Program-made: the position numbers and the translations under genes | Assembly (NCBI GenBank): GCA_036785375.1 | Contig: JAWMAR010000026.1 | Location: forward strand, 12,028,001-12,092,000 | Reading direction: 5' to 3' | DNA: 64,000 nucleotides | Origin: Leucoraja ocellata | Lineage: Eukaryota | The notes under the pieces: model-generated | What the model was told of the DNA's origin: nothing | What the model saw: only the letters and a program-made list of their open reading frames with translations | Database searches by the model: none | In this document: piece after piece, positions 24,645 to 38,457 of the stretch | Layout of the letters: each line of letters opens with the position of its first letter | Position numbering within the stretch: position 1 is the stretch's first letter

Positions 24645-25078
24645 GCGATTTTAAACGCGTTTGGGTCAACCGACAATCTATGAACACCAGCAGCAAACAT
24701 GGTTTTCACGTTTAATTCACGCGTTCACCGGAGTTTGTAGCTAACCCTGATGGCTTGAAATAAACTTCAGGCGTTAGTGTAGATTAAAGATCTTGCCTTT
24801 TCGGTCATGCAATGATTAATGTTATCACTAAAATTACCAATTCATCAATCGCAAATTCCGGAGCACTGGTGTAGATAATACATTAAAACTGTCTGCAAGT
24901 TTCGAAGGAACATTTGTTATGGCAAAGTCCGCTAAAGATATTCCACTGAACATCATACATTTTCTGTGATATGCGGTGCTGATACGTTGCGAATGCCCAA
25001 AGAATATTTCCAATTATGAGAAGAGCCAAAGAAAGTGAGAAAGTTACTTCAAGTTTTCAAAATAGAAAATAGTGGAAA

Positions 25079-26415
25079 CAAGACTCAGTGGGACCCATTG
25101 GGTCCCGTGTTCACAAGGTCCCCCAACGCAATATTCCACTCTCCACCAATTCCAATATTGGTGGCCAGTGGGGGGGCTTTCTGGAGCACTAGTATGGGTG
25201 TTGTGGGCTGAACGGTCTGGTTTCCCGAGGGCTGGTATGGACATTGTGGGCCAAATGGATTCTTGGATTGGCAGCTCAGTCACTCAAGCCTGATGTGCTG
25301 ACAGCTCACTCACAGCTGGTGGGCTGGCAGTTGACTCACGGCTACTCCTTGAAATTCAATTTCAAGCAGGGTGCAATGCCACCAAATTCAAATGCAGTTT
25401 CCTACCATTTCAAGCAGGGTGCAAGGCTACCAAATTCAAGTGCAGTTTCTTACCACTTCTAGCAAGGTGCAAGACTACCAAATTGAGCTGCAGTTTCCTA
25501 CCACTTCAAGCAGGGGGCAAGGCCACCGAATTAAAGTGCAGTTTCATTCCACCAAGCAGGGTGCAAGGCCACCAAATTCAAGTGCAGTTTCACACCATCT
25601 CAAGCAGGGTGCAAGGCCACCAAATTCCAGTGCAGTTTCACACCATTTCAAACAGGGTGCAAGGCCACCAAATTCAAATGCAGTTTCTTACCACTTCAAG
25701 CAAGGTGCAAGGCCACCAAATTCAAGTGCAGTTTCATACCACTTCAAGCAGGGTGCAAGACTACCAAATTGAGCTGCAGTTTCCTACCACTTCAAGCAGG
25801 GGGCAAGGCCACCGAATTAAAGTGCAGTTTCATTCCACTTCAAGCAGGGTGCAAGGCCACAAAATTCCAGTGCAGTTTCACACCATTTCAAACAGGGTGC
25901 AAGGCCACCAAATTCAAATGCAGTTTCATACCATTTCAAGCAGGGTGAAACCACCATAAACCACCATAAAACCACCGTAAAACCATACAAAACATCACAA
26001 AACATCACAAAACATCACAAAACACCACAAAACACCACAAAACACCACTCACTGTTCAGTAGACATTCAGTGTGTTCAGTTGGTTCACAGCTCAGACCAA
26101 GTGGTGACCTCTCCCTCCCTATCTTGCAGAAACTGAGCCACACCCACACTTTCGGGGTTTTATAATCCCTCCCTCTCCTACCGGAAGGGGCGTGGTCTTC
26201 ATGGCATGATTGACAGGAGAGAGATTCTCAACATTTATAAAACACTAATAACACTTTTATGTTTCATTGATGGGAAAAATCCTCTTGTCCTGCGCAGCAG
26301 AGGCGGACTCTGAGTAAGATGGCCAAAAATCACAGCCGTATGTGGCAGCGTTTTTTCTAAAATCAATATACAGAACAACAGGAAAGTGGTCAAGATCAGA
26401 TTTTAGTAGTATAGA
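25079..26415 (-). mobile_element. Non-autonomous Helitron
   Basis: On the minus strand: A|TCTATACTAC.. 5' end; subterminal hairpin GGGACCC-aat-GGGTCCC (25090-25106); CTTG|T 3' end (CTAG variant); A|T insertion site with no TSD. Confidence 0.8.
25361..25947. repeat. 48-bp minisatellite, ~12 copies, inside the Helitron; followed by a 10-bp (AAACACCACA)-type repeat to ~26048
   Basis: Unit TTCAAGCAGGGTGCAAGGCCACCAAATTCAAGTGCAGTTTCATACCAY is visible repeatedly. Confidence 0.95.
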
Positions 26416-27139
26416 TATTCATTAACACGGGTGGTATCTGCAGTTAGAGAAACAGAGATACAGCTCAAAGACCACTTTGCTAATTTGGTTCTGCTTGAAA
26501 GTGAGAGGATGCTGCTGATGTTTTGTTCTTCAGAACGTCTGGAGGGAATTTATGTAGAAGGACATGAATGATTACATGGGGGAGAGAAAAATCTTGAGGC
26601 GTGAGGTACAAAATACTGTAGATATTAGGAAGGTAGACAAAAGTGCTGGAGAAACTCAACGGGTGAGGCAATATCTATGGAGCAAAGGAAATAGGCAACG
26701 TTTCGGGCCAAAACCCTTCTTCAGTTTCTCCAGCACCTTTGTTTACCTTCGATTTTCCAGCATTTGCAGTTCCTTCTTGAATGTAGATATTAGGAAGTCG
26801 GAAATACCATAATAACATCATAACTTAGTAACATAATGTTAAGTTAAATAACACCATAACATAGTAACATAGTGTTAAGGCAATAACCTCTTCCTCAATG
26901 TCTGCAAGATGAAGTTGACAGTTATTAACATCACAAGGTGGTGTATACGTCCCAGTCGGCTTCATGGTGGCAAAGTGGAAATGCTTGAGAGTTTATCATC
27001 AACAATTTGCTTTAGACCATCCGAATTGAAGATGCGGTGAGGAGAGTACACTAATGCCTCGACTTGATAAGAAGACTCAGAAGGTTCCCAGGGTGGCATG
27101 TCCCCAATGAATCGTAACTGGAGTTGTAGGAATCTTGAG

Positions 27140-28370
27140 CAAAAAAACACAGATTGCTGAATTAACTCAGCAGGTCAGGCAACGTCACCAGAGAACATGC
27201 ATAGGCAATGTTTCAGTCTACCTATGAATCCTTCTTCAGACTGATTGCAGTCAGCGGGTGAAAGCACTAGGAGAAGGGGGGGAGGGATATAGATAGAGAA
27301 CATGTATGAATTGTGAGGCATGAGGAAGGTATGTAAGTGGAAATAAATGGGGAGAAGGGGATAGTGGGAGAAATGCAGCCACAGGGAAGAGTGGCAGATA
27401 AAGAGGAGGGGAGGAGTTGTTGATTTGTTAAAAGGATAGAGTTTGCCTGGTTCTTACCTCTCACCCCACCAGCTTCTACATCCAACATATCATTCTCCAA
27501 CATTTCCACTACCATCAACATGATCCCACCACCAGTCACATCTTCCCTTCCCCATTTCTTTCCACTTTCTGCAGAGACCATTCCCTCTGTAACTCCTTTG
27601 TTTACTCATCCCTTCCCATCTAAAGCACACCCTTCCTAGGTACTTTTCCCCACAACCGCAGGAAATGTAACACCTGTCGTCCCTACACCTCCTCCATAAC
27701 ATCCATCCACAGACCCCAGTCGCCCTTCCATGTGAGACCAAAGATCACAATCACCTCCTCTAAACTGATCTACATCATTCTGGGCTCTCGATGTAGCTTT
27801 CCTTACATTGGCAACACGAAGTGTAGCCATAGTGGCCGACAGCCGTTTAATCAAACACTTGCTCTCATTCTAATAATGCCCTTTCCCATTCCCATACTGC
27901 TCGATTACCAAAGTGAGACCACAACAAACTGGAGGAACAGCACCTCAACAGCATTTGAGTTACAACAACCTAATGGTATAAATATTGATTATTCAATTAG
28001 TTAACTAACCAGCTTCTATCTTTTTTTTCTTCACCCCCTCTCTCTGTGCATACCCATTTCTCACACTACCCTGCTCCTCTTTCCCCTTTCCTCCACCCCC
28101 TTCCACCTACATCTCTTCAACTTGATTCAAAATTCACACATTTTCTCTCCTTATCTCTCAGTCTTTTAGTGGCCTTTGCATCTCTGTCCAGCCATCTGCA
28201 AACCAACCCTCAGATGAATCCATCTATTACTTGCCCCACCCCAACTCTCATCCAGCGTTCACTCACCTGCTATAATAAATCAGAAGAAGGGTTCAAATCT
28301 GAAATGTCACCTATCCATGTTCTCTGGAAATGCTTCCTGACTTTCTGAGTTACTCCAGCACTTTGTGTTA
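27140..28370 (+). mobile_element. Degenerate Penelope-like element: inverted pLTR, GIY-YIG region, pLTR
   Basis: LVLT.HP and YIG.T.-like remnants, similarity to 6190-6345, pLTR motifs at 27205-27240 (-) and 28280-28370 (+). Confidence 0.7.
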
Positions 28371-28379
28371 TCCTGCTCA

Positions 28380-28980
28380 GGCCTCCGATGATTCTTAGCA
28401 ATTTCTATAGATGTACTGCAGAAACCATGCTATCCGGATGCATCACAGCTTGGTTTGGCAACAGGTCTGCCCAAAGTACAAAAAAATTGCATAGATTTGT
28501 GCAAGTAGCTTGTTTCATCACACAAGCAGTCCATCACTCCCTCACGGACTCCACCCATACCATCGTGCCTCAGGAAAAAAGCCCAAGCACTTGGCATTAA
28601 CAACATTATTGAGGACCATTTTAAAACCAGTTATTCCCTCTTCAACCTTCTATTAGGCAGAAGAAAAAAAAACTTGAAAGTATGTGCAGCAGAATTGGGA
28701 ACGTGTCTTCCTTGGTGCACTCAGACCACTGAACCATTCTCCCATAAGCCAGAGTGTTATCCCTATCTCCCAACCTACCTCATTGTGCCCTTTTTTGTTT
28801 TTCTGCACTTTCTCTGTAACTGTAATGTTATAAAGCTGTAACACTAAATTCTGCATTCTGTATTTGTTCTTTCCTACACAAAATATTGTAGTCGTGTGTG
28901 GGTTGATTGCATATGCATAATATGATTTAACTAGATAGAATGTAAGCAAGGTTATTTTGCTGTATGTTGCTACACCTGAT
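28380..28980 (+). mobile_element. Rex1/Babar 3' fragment
   Basis: ILSNFYRCTAETMLSGCITAWFGN. Confidence 0.75.
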
Positions 28981-30752
28981 ACCGAAAATCAAACCAATAA
29001 GAATATAATCCAAAACCACACCTAGAGAATATCAAGAAAAATCCGTCCTTTTGGCAAAGCACAACAATTACGAGAATAATAGAATTTCTAAAATTGAAAA
29101 TTAAACAAAAATGGAAGTAATGTCAGAAGAGTAAGACTGATTGGGATTGAGTCAGCATAAAATCATAAGACATAAGAATAGAATGAGGCCCTTCAGCCCA
29201 TTGAGTCTACTCCTCCATTCAATCATGGCTGAATTGGGAACATTGGAGGCAGTTTTACACGCTGACTGGAACATAATGCAAACTTTTATGCGCATACATC
29301 ATAAGTGCACAATCATTTCAAATAGCTTGAACTTTACTGTACTAAATTCAATCAATTTTTGTGTCTTATATAATGAAAGCAACAGGTGCATTGTTCATTA
29401 TCACACCCCACCTACATCAAAGGTACATAAACCTGTTGCCAGAGCCATATTTGAATACCATGGGCATTTTATATTGCTTTTTAAAAGTATTTTTGTCTTT
29501 TAAATAATTTAAAAAAAGAGTTCAACCAGCATAGCACATAATTATATTTATTATCATTGCAATGAGTTCTTGCACTGCTGCAGTCATTTTGGTGAATGTG
29601 CTTCAGCAGTGATGTTGAGTATGGAGTTTCAGGTTTTAATCCCAGTAATGATGAATGATGAATAATAAAGTAACGAATGGACACCCACACATACTGTGAC
29701 TCCAGTATTTTGTGTCTATCTTTGCAATAAAGGACACCTCTGGTTTCCGTTGCATGTGAATTTTACACCTGATAAATCTATACATTGCCTCTTCTAACAT
29801 CCTCAAGTTCCCTTCATTGTGTTGGCATCTTTTCCAATCATGCTTTCCCAGTAAATAAACTCATGTTACAAACTACTCATCTTTCGTTTAATTTTCTGAA
29901 TTTCCTCTGTCAGCACTGTGTGTTTACACTTATCAGATGATTAGTAATATGGCTCACCAGCACCTCCTTAAGGGCAATTAAGGAAAAGCAATAAATGCTC
30001 AGCTCATCAGATGTGGATGGAGAGTATTATGGTGACAGTAATGCTATTAAATGTAACGGTTAATTGCTTGGACTTTCATCTATGGAATACCCACATCTTG
30101 AAACAAGAATAAATAGTTTAGAAAAGGCTGTTTTAAAACCAATAAATCTAAATCTATACAATCATTAAACTATGATTAATGCATAAGCAAAGTAGCACAT
30201 ATTTCTTTAAAAAAATTGTGTACCTTAGATGTCAATAGATATCCTATTGATGTTTTCAAAATAAATTACCCACATCAAACTTACATCTCATCCTGTACCA
30301 TGATTTTTTCTATCACCTTGCATATAAAATACATAGGACGTCATAATTAGTACTCCTAAAGTTCTTAGTTCAAGTTTCTTCACACTCCTGTCATTTTTTT
30401 CTCTTTCTCTAAGCTTTCCATTTATAAAAGCTTTTTAAAAATGCAATACTTCAAGTTCAAGTTCACATTTATTTGTCACATGCACCAAATAAGTGATATG
30501 AGTTACCATGCAGCCATGCTATCAAAAAAGAGCACAAAACACAATATTTAAACATAAACATCCACCACAGTGGAATCAACATTCTTCACTGTGATGGAAG
30601 GCAATAACATTTAGTCAATCTTCCTCCTTTGTTCACCGTAGTCACCGCTACGGACGGCCCGATGTACAATTGAATGATTTCAATTCAGTTTCGAATGGCA
30701 TTAATAAGTTTTTATAGTTTTTAGCGTTTACAGCAGAGAGATTGAGGTTAAG

Positions 30753-31505
30753 ATAGAATAGAATACAATAGAATGCCATTTATTGTCATTTAAACAAACA
30801 AGGCTCAAACAAAATTGTGCTCCTGCAGTCATAACAGCAAAAACAAAACAAAACACACAATTAACACAATTCCACACAAACATCCATCACAGTGAATCTC
30901 CAAAAACCTCCTCACTGTGATGGAAGACAAAGGTCTTATCTCTTCCCTGTTCTCTGTTCTTTATTCTTCTCCCACGGTCAAGCAATCAAACTGCTGCATC
31001 GAGCTGATCGAGGTTCTTGATGTTGGAGCCCCCGGCGGGCGATGGTAAGTCCCGCGGCTGTTTAATCTGCACCGGGCGATGTGAGGCCCTGCTCCAGGAC
31101 AGTTTAAAATCAATTTAAACCCCTCGATTCGGGCGGGAGAAGTTGCCGTTGCGGGAGCTCCGAAAAGCGGTCCCCCACCAGGGACCCGCGAGTTCCCGAT
31201 GCTGCCGTCCACAGGGCCTGCAGCCGAAGCCTCCGAAGTCAGGTCACAGCCGTGCACCACCACAGTGCTCCATGCTCCGAAGTCAGCCAGCTCCGTGATG
31301 GTGCGTCCGCAGGCTCTGCAACTGGAGCCCCCAGGTCAATTCCGGTTGGAGGCCCGCCATCTCCACGATGTTAGGCCCCAACAAAAACGGAGACACGACA
31401 GGGAAAAGTTCACGTCCCCGTTCAGGGAAGAGATTCAAAAGATCCCCGCTCCCCCCACATATACACAATTAAAAATAAAATATAACTAAAACTAAAAACA
31501 TACAC
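30753..31505 (-). mobile_element. GC-rich non-autonomous retroelement (same family as 6657-7500)
   Basis: Collinear similarity with 6657-7440. Confidence 0.65.
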
Positions 31506-31514
31506 CTAACAGGC

Positions 31515-32060
31515 CAAAATATTTTGGTCTCCAAAGTTGAGGAAGGACATTCTTGCTATTGAGGGAGTGCAGCGTAGTTTCACCAGGCTAATTCCTGGGA
31601 TGGCGTGACTGTCATATTTTGAAATAATGGAGCGGCTGGGCTTGTATACACTGGAATTTAGAAGGATGAGAGCGGATCTTATTGAAACATATAAGATTAT
31701 TAAGAGATTGGACACGCTAGAGGCAGGAAACATGTTCCCAATGTTGGGGGAGTCCAGAACCAGGGGCCACAGTTTAAGAATAGGCCATTTGGAATGGAGA
31801 TGAGGAGACCATTTCTCACCCAGAGAGTAGTGAATCTATTGAATTCTCTGCCTCCGAAGGCAGTGGAGGTTGATTCTCTGGATGCTTTCAAGAGAGAGTT
31901 AGATAGGGCTCTTAAAGATTACAGTCAAGGGATATGTGGAGAAGGCAGGAATGGGGTACTGATTGCGGGCGATCAGCCATGATCACAGTGAATGGCGGTG
32001 CTGGCTCGAAGGGCCGAAGGGCTGAATGGCCTAATCCCGCTCCTATTTTCTATTGTCTAT
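31515..32060 (+). mobile_element. CR1 3' fragment
   Basis: Similar to 3950-4490. Confidence 0.85.
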
Positions 32061-35000
32061 TGGGATGAAGGAAACATTTTTTTTAATCCAGGTGATAGAA
32101 AATTAGGAATGTCGGTGAAGAGTAAGGAGAAAAATGAAATAAATTATCTGTTAGATGCTGAGACCAGTGGCAGGTAAAAATCAAAGCAGGATAAAAAGCA
32201 AGCAATATAGTATGGAAGGGAGAACAAGGAAAGACAAAGAAATGTGAAGAATAAACTACTTACTGGAAAGGGTTATGAATTAGAAAGTAAATGGGTATAA
32301 TCATGTCACCATAAAAGCTTCACTGCAGGAGTTTCTTTGTGCTGTGTCCTGGGTACAACTATCTTCAGCTATTTCATTAATGACCTTCCTTCCATTAGAA
32401 GTGTAGGAGTGAGGATGTTTAACAATGGAAGACACAATTCATAGATTTTATTAAATTCACAACTAATTTCCAGCCAGCTATCACATTTAATATAACTGCA
32501 TACAACACACCAAGTGCAGCCTGACCAATGTTTGTACAGGAGCAAAATTGTTTTCCCAACTCTTACCGATGAAGGCAAACACACACAATGCATTTTTCAC
32601 CTACCCATCTGTGTTGCCATCTTCAGGGCACTACGAACTTGTATCCCAAGGTCCTTCTGTACACCAACAGTCCTGAAGTCTCAGCCATTTACTGTATATA
32701 CAGTATACTTTGATTTTCATGTCCCAAAATGCATTATCTCCCACTTGCCTGGATTAGGTTCCACCTGCCACCACTCTACCCAACTCTCCAACTGATCGTT
32801 GTCCCTCTGTATCATTTTACAATCTTCTTTGCTATCCACTCTTTCGTCAATGTCATGTGCAGTCCAATGTACATTTACTCATCAGTCCACTAACATTGCC
32901 TCCCAAGTGCCCTTCTCTACCAGCCTACTATGCAGAACTTTGTCAAATCAAAAGTCCATTTCGGCCATGTTATGATGCAGTATCATGAGGAGAAGCCTCT
33001 TGGGAAAAACACCATGGGTTTGTTGAGAACATAAGATAAATGGAGATGATTTTTCTGAGTAATAAGCTCCATATATCAGTACTATGTTCATTATATTGTA
33101 ACCTGTTATGAGAATTGTGAAACACAATTGATATTCAGGCTGATGTCTTTCTCTACGGCAACATCTTTATAATTAAAATTATCATTCCAGTGTAATTTTG
33201 ATTTTGTTTAATTACACGTCTGAAGAAGGGTCTCAACCCGAAACGTCACCCATTCCTTCTCTCCAGAGATGCTGATTGTCCCATTGAGTTACTCCAGCAT
33301 TTTATGTCTATCTTCGATTTAAAACAGCATCTGTAGTTCCTTCCAACACAAGCTGGTAATAATGTTCTATCACGGAGTGTTGTTAAGATCTCAGATGCAC
33401 CAATTGATGGATTATCTGACAAAATCAGTTTAAAAGAGAGTTTACAAAAGGCCATTGGAAATTAATTTGCGGGGGATTAATTTGCCAAATTATTGGTAAT
33501 AAAATGAGGCTTGAGCTAAATTTTATAGCATTTTCAAGCATCACACATGCACCCAAGATCAAGTGACCTCCATGCGGCACTATTTGATGGTTTCATTAAA
33601 TCAAGGCAACTGCACGTATAGGTATTTCATTGACTCGATCAATTTTAAACACTGACTTTTATAAAAAGGATGCACTTTAACGAAAGTGGTGATCCATTGG
33701 AAAATTATACAACGATGAACCATGATATCTTGAAGTATTCAAGCATATAAATACACTAGTCCATTACATTGGCAATGATAAACAGGAAGCTTGCGATTAA
33801 ATTTTGTACACTATCTTTAATTCCATTCTCACTCCTGTACCAATTACAAACAATGAACTAAATGGAAATTAAGTGTTAAAGAAAGACACAAAATGACAGA
33901 ATATCTAAATGAGGTCAGGTATATCCCTAAAGAATATGCATAGGTGATGTTTTGGGTTGGGACCCTTCTTCAGCCCTGCTATGTTACTCCAGCATTTTGT
34001 GTCTTCCTTTGGCATTAAATAGCATCTGCAGTTCCTTGTTTTTACAATATGAAATTAAGTGTGGCTGAAATCAGATTTTATTTATTATTTACATGAAAAA
34101 AACTGAGTTGGATAAATGGGTCAGCCCCATTCTCAACTGGGGCAGAGACATTTGCTTCCTTTTCATACTTAAACCAACGACGGAGCAACTTTGTTGACCT
34201 TCTGACCGTGGTTGCAAAGCAGTTCTATTACACCAAAAATCAAGAGGAAGATTTTGAAGTACTGTTTATTCATAGGCTTGTGTCATTTGACTTACAGGAT
34301 CACAGATTTTGGAGATACAAGTTATGCAGGTAATTTAATTATACCCAAGTCTGCCTAAATGTCCATAAAACTCGTTGCCTCTACAAGTTAAAAATCTTGA
34401 AGTAGGTTTCCTGCCTCTGTACTTGTGTAATAGAAATCTTAAAATATGACCAGATTTTCAGGAAATATTGTTGTGGTGGTTTACCCTTAACATTTTGATA
34501 TTTTTAATCTCTTTCCTGAGACCAGACTCTTTCTGTAATAGCACATTTATAATCTAAATATATGGATGGATTTTGGGAGGTGGGGGGGGGGGGGGGGGGG
34601 GGCTTAGTTGGGGGGGGGGGGGGGTGCAGAGGTTGGTTTGCATAATTGGCTGGGATGCATCTCCAACTGCAATTTCCTGAGGTCTTAGCCAATGCATTTG
34701 CTATACCAAGCTCTGGGACATCCAGATTGGATGCCTTCTATTATGCAGATACTGAGCTGAAACTTCAGGTTTATATGAGAATATGTGATTTAAGTTTAGT
34801 AATTGGTCAAACTGCCTTATCCACCTTTTCTGTTTGGTGGGGGTTGGGCTGGGGGGGGGGGGGTGTGGATATCCTACGCAGTGTATCGATTGCAAATCAA
34901 TTATGTATATTGTAATAAAGAAAGATAAATCAACTGCACATAATATGATACTAAATAAAGCAGACAAACATTTTATTGATTTGCTTTCTTCACTATCTTT

Positions 35001-35366
35001 GTGAAAACAAACCCAATAAATCCCTGTACCTGACATTTTTTTTTACACACAATGGTATTTTAGAAAGCTCAATGAACAGGAAGTTTGTAACTCACGGTGA
35101 CCATCTGCTCAAAGCTAAGTAGGCACCAACCATTTCCTTCCTTAACTGGAACCAGTGCAATGAAGCATTGCAATACAAGTGGAACATATTAGAAACCACA
35201 TCAATTGAAGTAGATACTGCTCTGTGGATTTTTGATAAAAATCAGTTTATTCAAACTGATGGGCAATACGTCTTCACATTTAACCCTTACATCACAAAGG
35301 AATACTGATTAAAGTGATTCACATATTTCAAAATGAAACAGTATGTTGCATTGACAACTGGTGTTT

Positions 35367-35670
35367 AGTTTAGTTAAGTTTAATGATACAATGCAGAATC
35401 AGGCCACTCAGCACAATGAGTCCGCGCCAACCAGTGATCCACCCTCACTAACACCAGGGACGTTTTATAATGTTCCCCAAGCCAATTAATCTGCAAATCT
35501 GCACATCTTTGGAGTGTTGGAGTGTGGGGGGGAAACAAGAGCACCCGGAGAAAGCACACACAGGTCAAGTGGAGAATGTGCAAACTCCATACAGACAGCA
35601 CCCCGTAGTGAGGATCAAACCCAGGTCTCTGGCGCTGTGAGGCAGCAGCTCTACCCCTGTTCCCCCATGC
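35367..35670 (-). mobile_element. tRNA-derived HE1/V-SINE-type element (further copies at 37365-37667 and 46915-47245, both -)
   Basis: Minus strand: tRNA-like head (GGTAGAGCTGCTGCCTCACAGCGCCAGAGACCTGGGTTTGATCC), core CTGTCTGTATGGAGTTTG, CR1-like tail, (CTAAA)n. Confidence 0.8.
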
Positions 35671-37364
35671 CACCTGTGGTGAGATGAAGAAGCACATAAA
35701 TGAAATGGCCTTGGGCTGATCAGCCTCAATCATATTGAATCGTGGTACAGTCTTGAGTGACCAGATACTGCTCCTATTATTAATATTCCTATGTAGCTGC
35801 TGAAATGCAGACATTTCACAATTTACAGTACACATTGCAGGCAGTACTGGATTGAATGAATTCAATATTATCACTAAGTTGTTGAAAATGACACATCCAC
35901 TTTTGATTTGGGGGATACACTAATCAGCAGAACAAATCAACTTTAATTGCACACTTGCTTACAAAGGAAGAACTTATGTACTGACTTATTAACAGTAAAA
36001 TGAAAGCATATCTCACAAGTCAAATGTTTAACAAAAAGCTTTATTTGTTACCTCTATGGGGACACAACCAAGATAGCTCTGAAATTATGTAAACAGACAT
36101 AACTGTATAATTACACCCATAGTTGCACTTTCAAAGTCTATTATATTGACAGTAGCTATTTAAACAAAGCATATATAATATGCATGAAAATTAAATAAAT
36201 ATACAGCATGTAGAAATTGCTTGGTTGCAAATGTATTCAAGAGAAATCAGAATTGCTGCCGACTGAAAAAGTAAACTGAAAAGGTTGAGTCACTTGTCTC
36301 TCTGCTCACTTGCAATAATTAGTGTGGAATGCTGTAACTGAGGTATACGCAGCAATGCGCAAGATGACTTAGGAAATCACAACATTGAAATGTTCTCTGC
36401 AAATGAAAATTGTGGAGTGAACATTGAAGGCAGTTGTGGAAATCATATTGTGGTAAATGCATGGCAGATGATTGTCCGTCAGATAGTTATATTAATGCCC
36501 AAACTATTTTACCTATTTTTCCTATACCATGGAACAATGTTACATATACCCTGAAAATTCTCGGATTCAAGCATCAATGAGGTGACCCGGGATGAGTGTT
36601 GAAGCACTATCTGTAATATTAACAGATTTTTTTCTCACTCCACAGATACTGAATGATCTACTGGCCTTGTCCACCATTCCCCTTTTGGCCTCAGTTTTCT
36701 GCAACATACATGGGAAACGTTTAGTTACTTTACATATCCTTGTGTTCATTCCCTCTCCTTCTTTCTCTCACTTCTATTATGAATCTAACAATCAGGCAGC
36801 TTTGCAACAGGCCTATATACCTATTGCAACCCTGGCCTCTTCCTACCTTAGGTATTCTCTTGGTTCATCAATTTTTCTTCAATTTAAACCCAATTAATTT
36901 TCTCACTTTACCAGTTCTGATAAAGTATCTTCAACCTGAAACATTAACTCTGTTGTACTGTCTACAGATGGGGTCAGTCTGCTGAATGTTTATAGCATTT
37001 TCCGTGAATGTTGATTACATTACTATCCTTCAATGTGCAATTGAATGCAATTCACTGTGGAATGAAATTTCACACTTTATTCAACAATTTTTTATCCAAA
37101 GCACAGTGTCTGAATAAAATGTAACTTTATATCACATGTGCGAACAAAAGCTTATCCTATATATTGGTATGAAAAGTGACCATACAATTCCTTATATTTG
37201 TGGAAAGCAAATAACAGAAATAATAATTAAACAATTAATCATTTACTGTTCGCCATCATATACGCCATTAGACAAGGTCAAAATTTCCCCTAGTGAAAAG
37301 GCCCTGAAATCCACACAATGTGTATGAATGATGATCAAAGAAACCCAATTAGTTTTGTTTTGAA

Positions 37365-37667
37365 TAGTTTAGTTTAGAGATACAGCACGGAAACAGGCCC
37401 TTCAGCCCATCGAATCCACACCAACCAGTGATCACTGCGCATTAGCACTATTCTACACCCCCCAAGGACAATTTACATTTAAGCCAAGCCAATTAGCCTA
37501 CAAAACTATAGGTCTTGGGAGTGTGGGAGGAAAACAGAGCTTCTAGGAGAAAACCCACGCCGATCATGTGGAGAACATACAAACTCCATACAGATAGCAA
37601 CGTAGTCAGGATCGAACCCGGGTACCTGGCGTTGTAAGGCAGCAATTCTACCGTTGCACAACTGTGC
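37365..37667 (-). mobile_element. HE1/V-SINE-type element in the putative gene B 3' UTR
   Basis: Box B-like GGTTCGATCC; same core as 35367-35670. Confidence 0.8.
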
Positions 37668-38254
37668 CATCCAATAAGGCTGTTTATTTTGGACAAAAGT
37701 TCCATGCTGGACTGGACATTGTATGTCTGGATTCTTCAAATGTTTAACAACAAACAACAAATGTGAATGGCCTTCTAAAATCCTGTTTCCAACCATATTT
37801 AGAATAAATGCGTAGAAAGGAATTGCAGATGCTGGTTTAAACCAAAGATAGACACAAAAAGCTGGAGTAACTTAGCAGGACAGGCAGCATCTCTGAAGAG
37901 AAGGAATGGGTGATGTTTCAGGTCGAGACATCTGCCCCTAAGAAGGGTCTCGACCCAAAATATCAGCCATTCCTTCTCTCCAGAGATGCTGCCTGTCCCG
38001 CCGAGTTACTCCAGCTTTTTGTCTCTATCTTCATATTTAGAATAAGTCAGTAAACACCATTATAAATTCTGCAATTTTGAAAATGAGAACAATGTTCTTG
38101 TCAGCGAATAAATATATAAAATGCAGTTATCTGATGACCTGATAAAATTGTATTTTCTTTGAGTTTCAAGAAATGCACGGTGTACAAACATTGAAAGTTA
38201 TGTAAAATAATCTATAATAATTACTATAAAATGCTTCTCAGATTGAAAAAAATA

Positions 38255-38457
38255 TCAGATATTCATTGGGATATTTTTCCTTTTACGATGTTTTTTTACT
38301 TTTGGCTTGGCATCGGTAACGTCTGCTGTTGTGATTGGGTTCCACTGTGTCATCTGTGTATTCCCTTTAACTGTTTCCTCTTTCAGATTTTTAGGATTTG
38401 CCATGATAGGTTGCATGCAACGTACGCAGGTCTTCATTTGAACCTTGCCTTTACGTG
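38255..38457 (-). CDS. Gene B exon 5, cytoplasmic tail
   Basis: Strong acceptor ttttactttcag, in phase with the TM exon; ARKGKVQMKTCVRCMQPIMANPKNLKEETVKG...KPKVKKHRKRKNIPMNI*. Non-repetitive sequence, but supported only by splice phase and openness. Confidence 0.65.

Noticed and set aside
25361-25947. Regular repeat array resembling a CRISPR, and repetitive ORFs of 133-158 aa
   Set aside because: Contiguous 48-bp tandem units with no unique spacers, inside a Helitron in eukaryotic DNA. The ORFs arise because the unit length is a multiple of 3.
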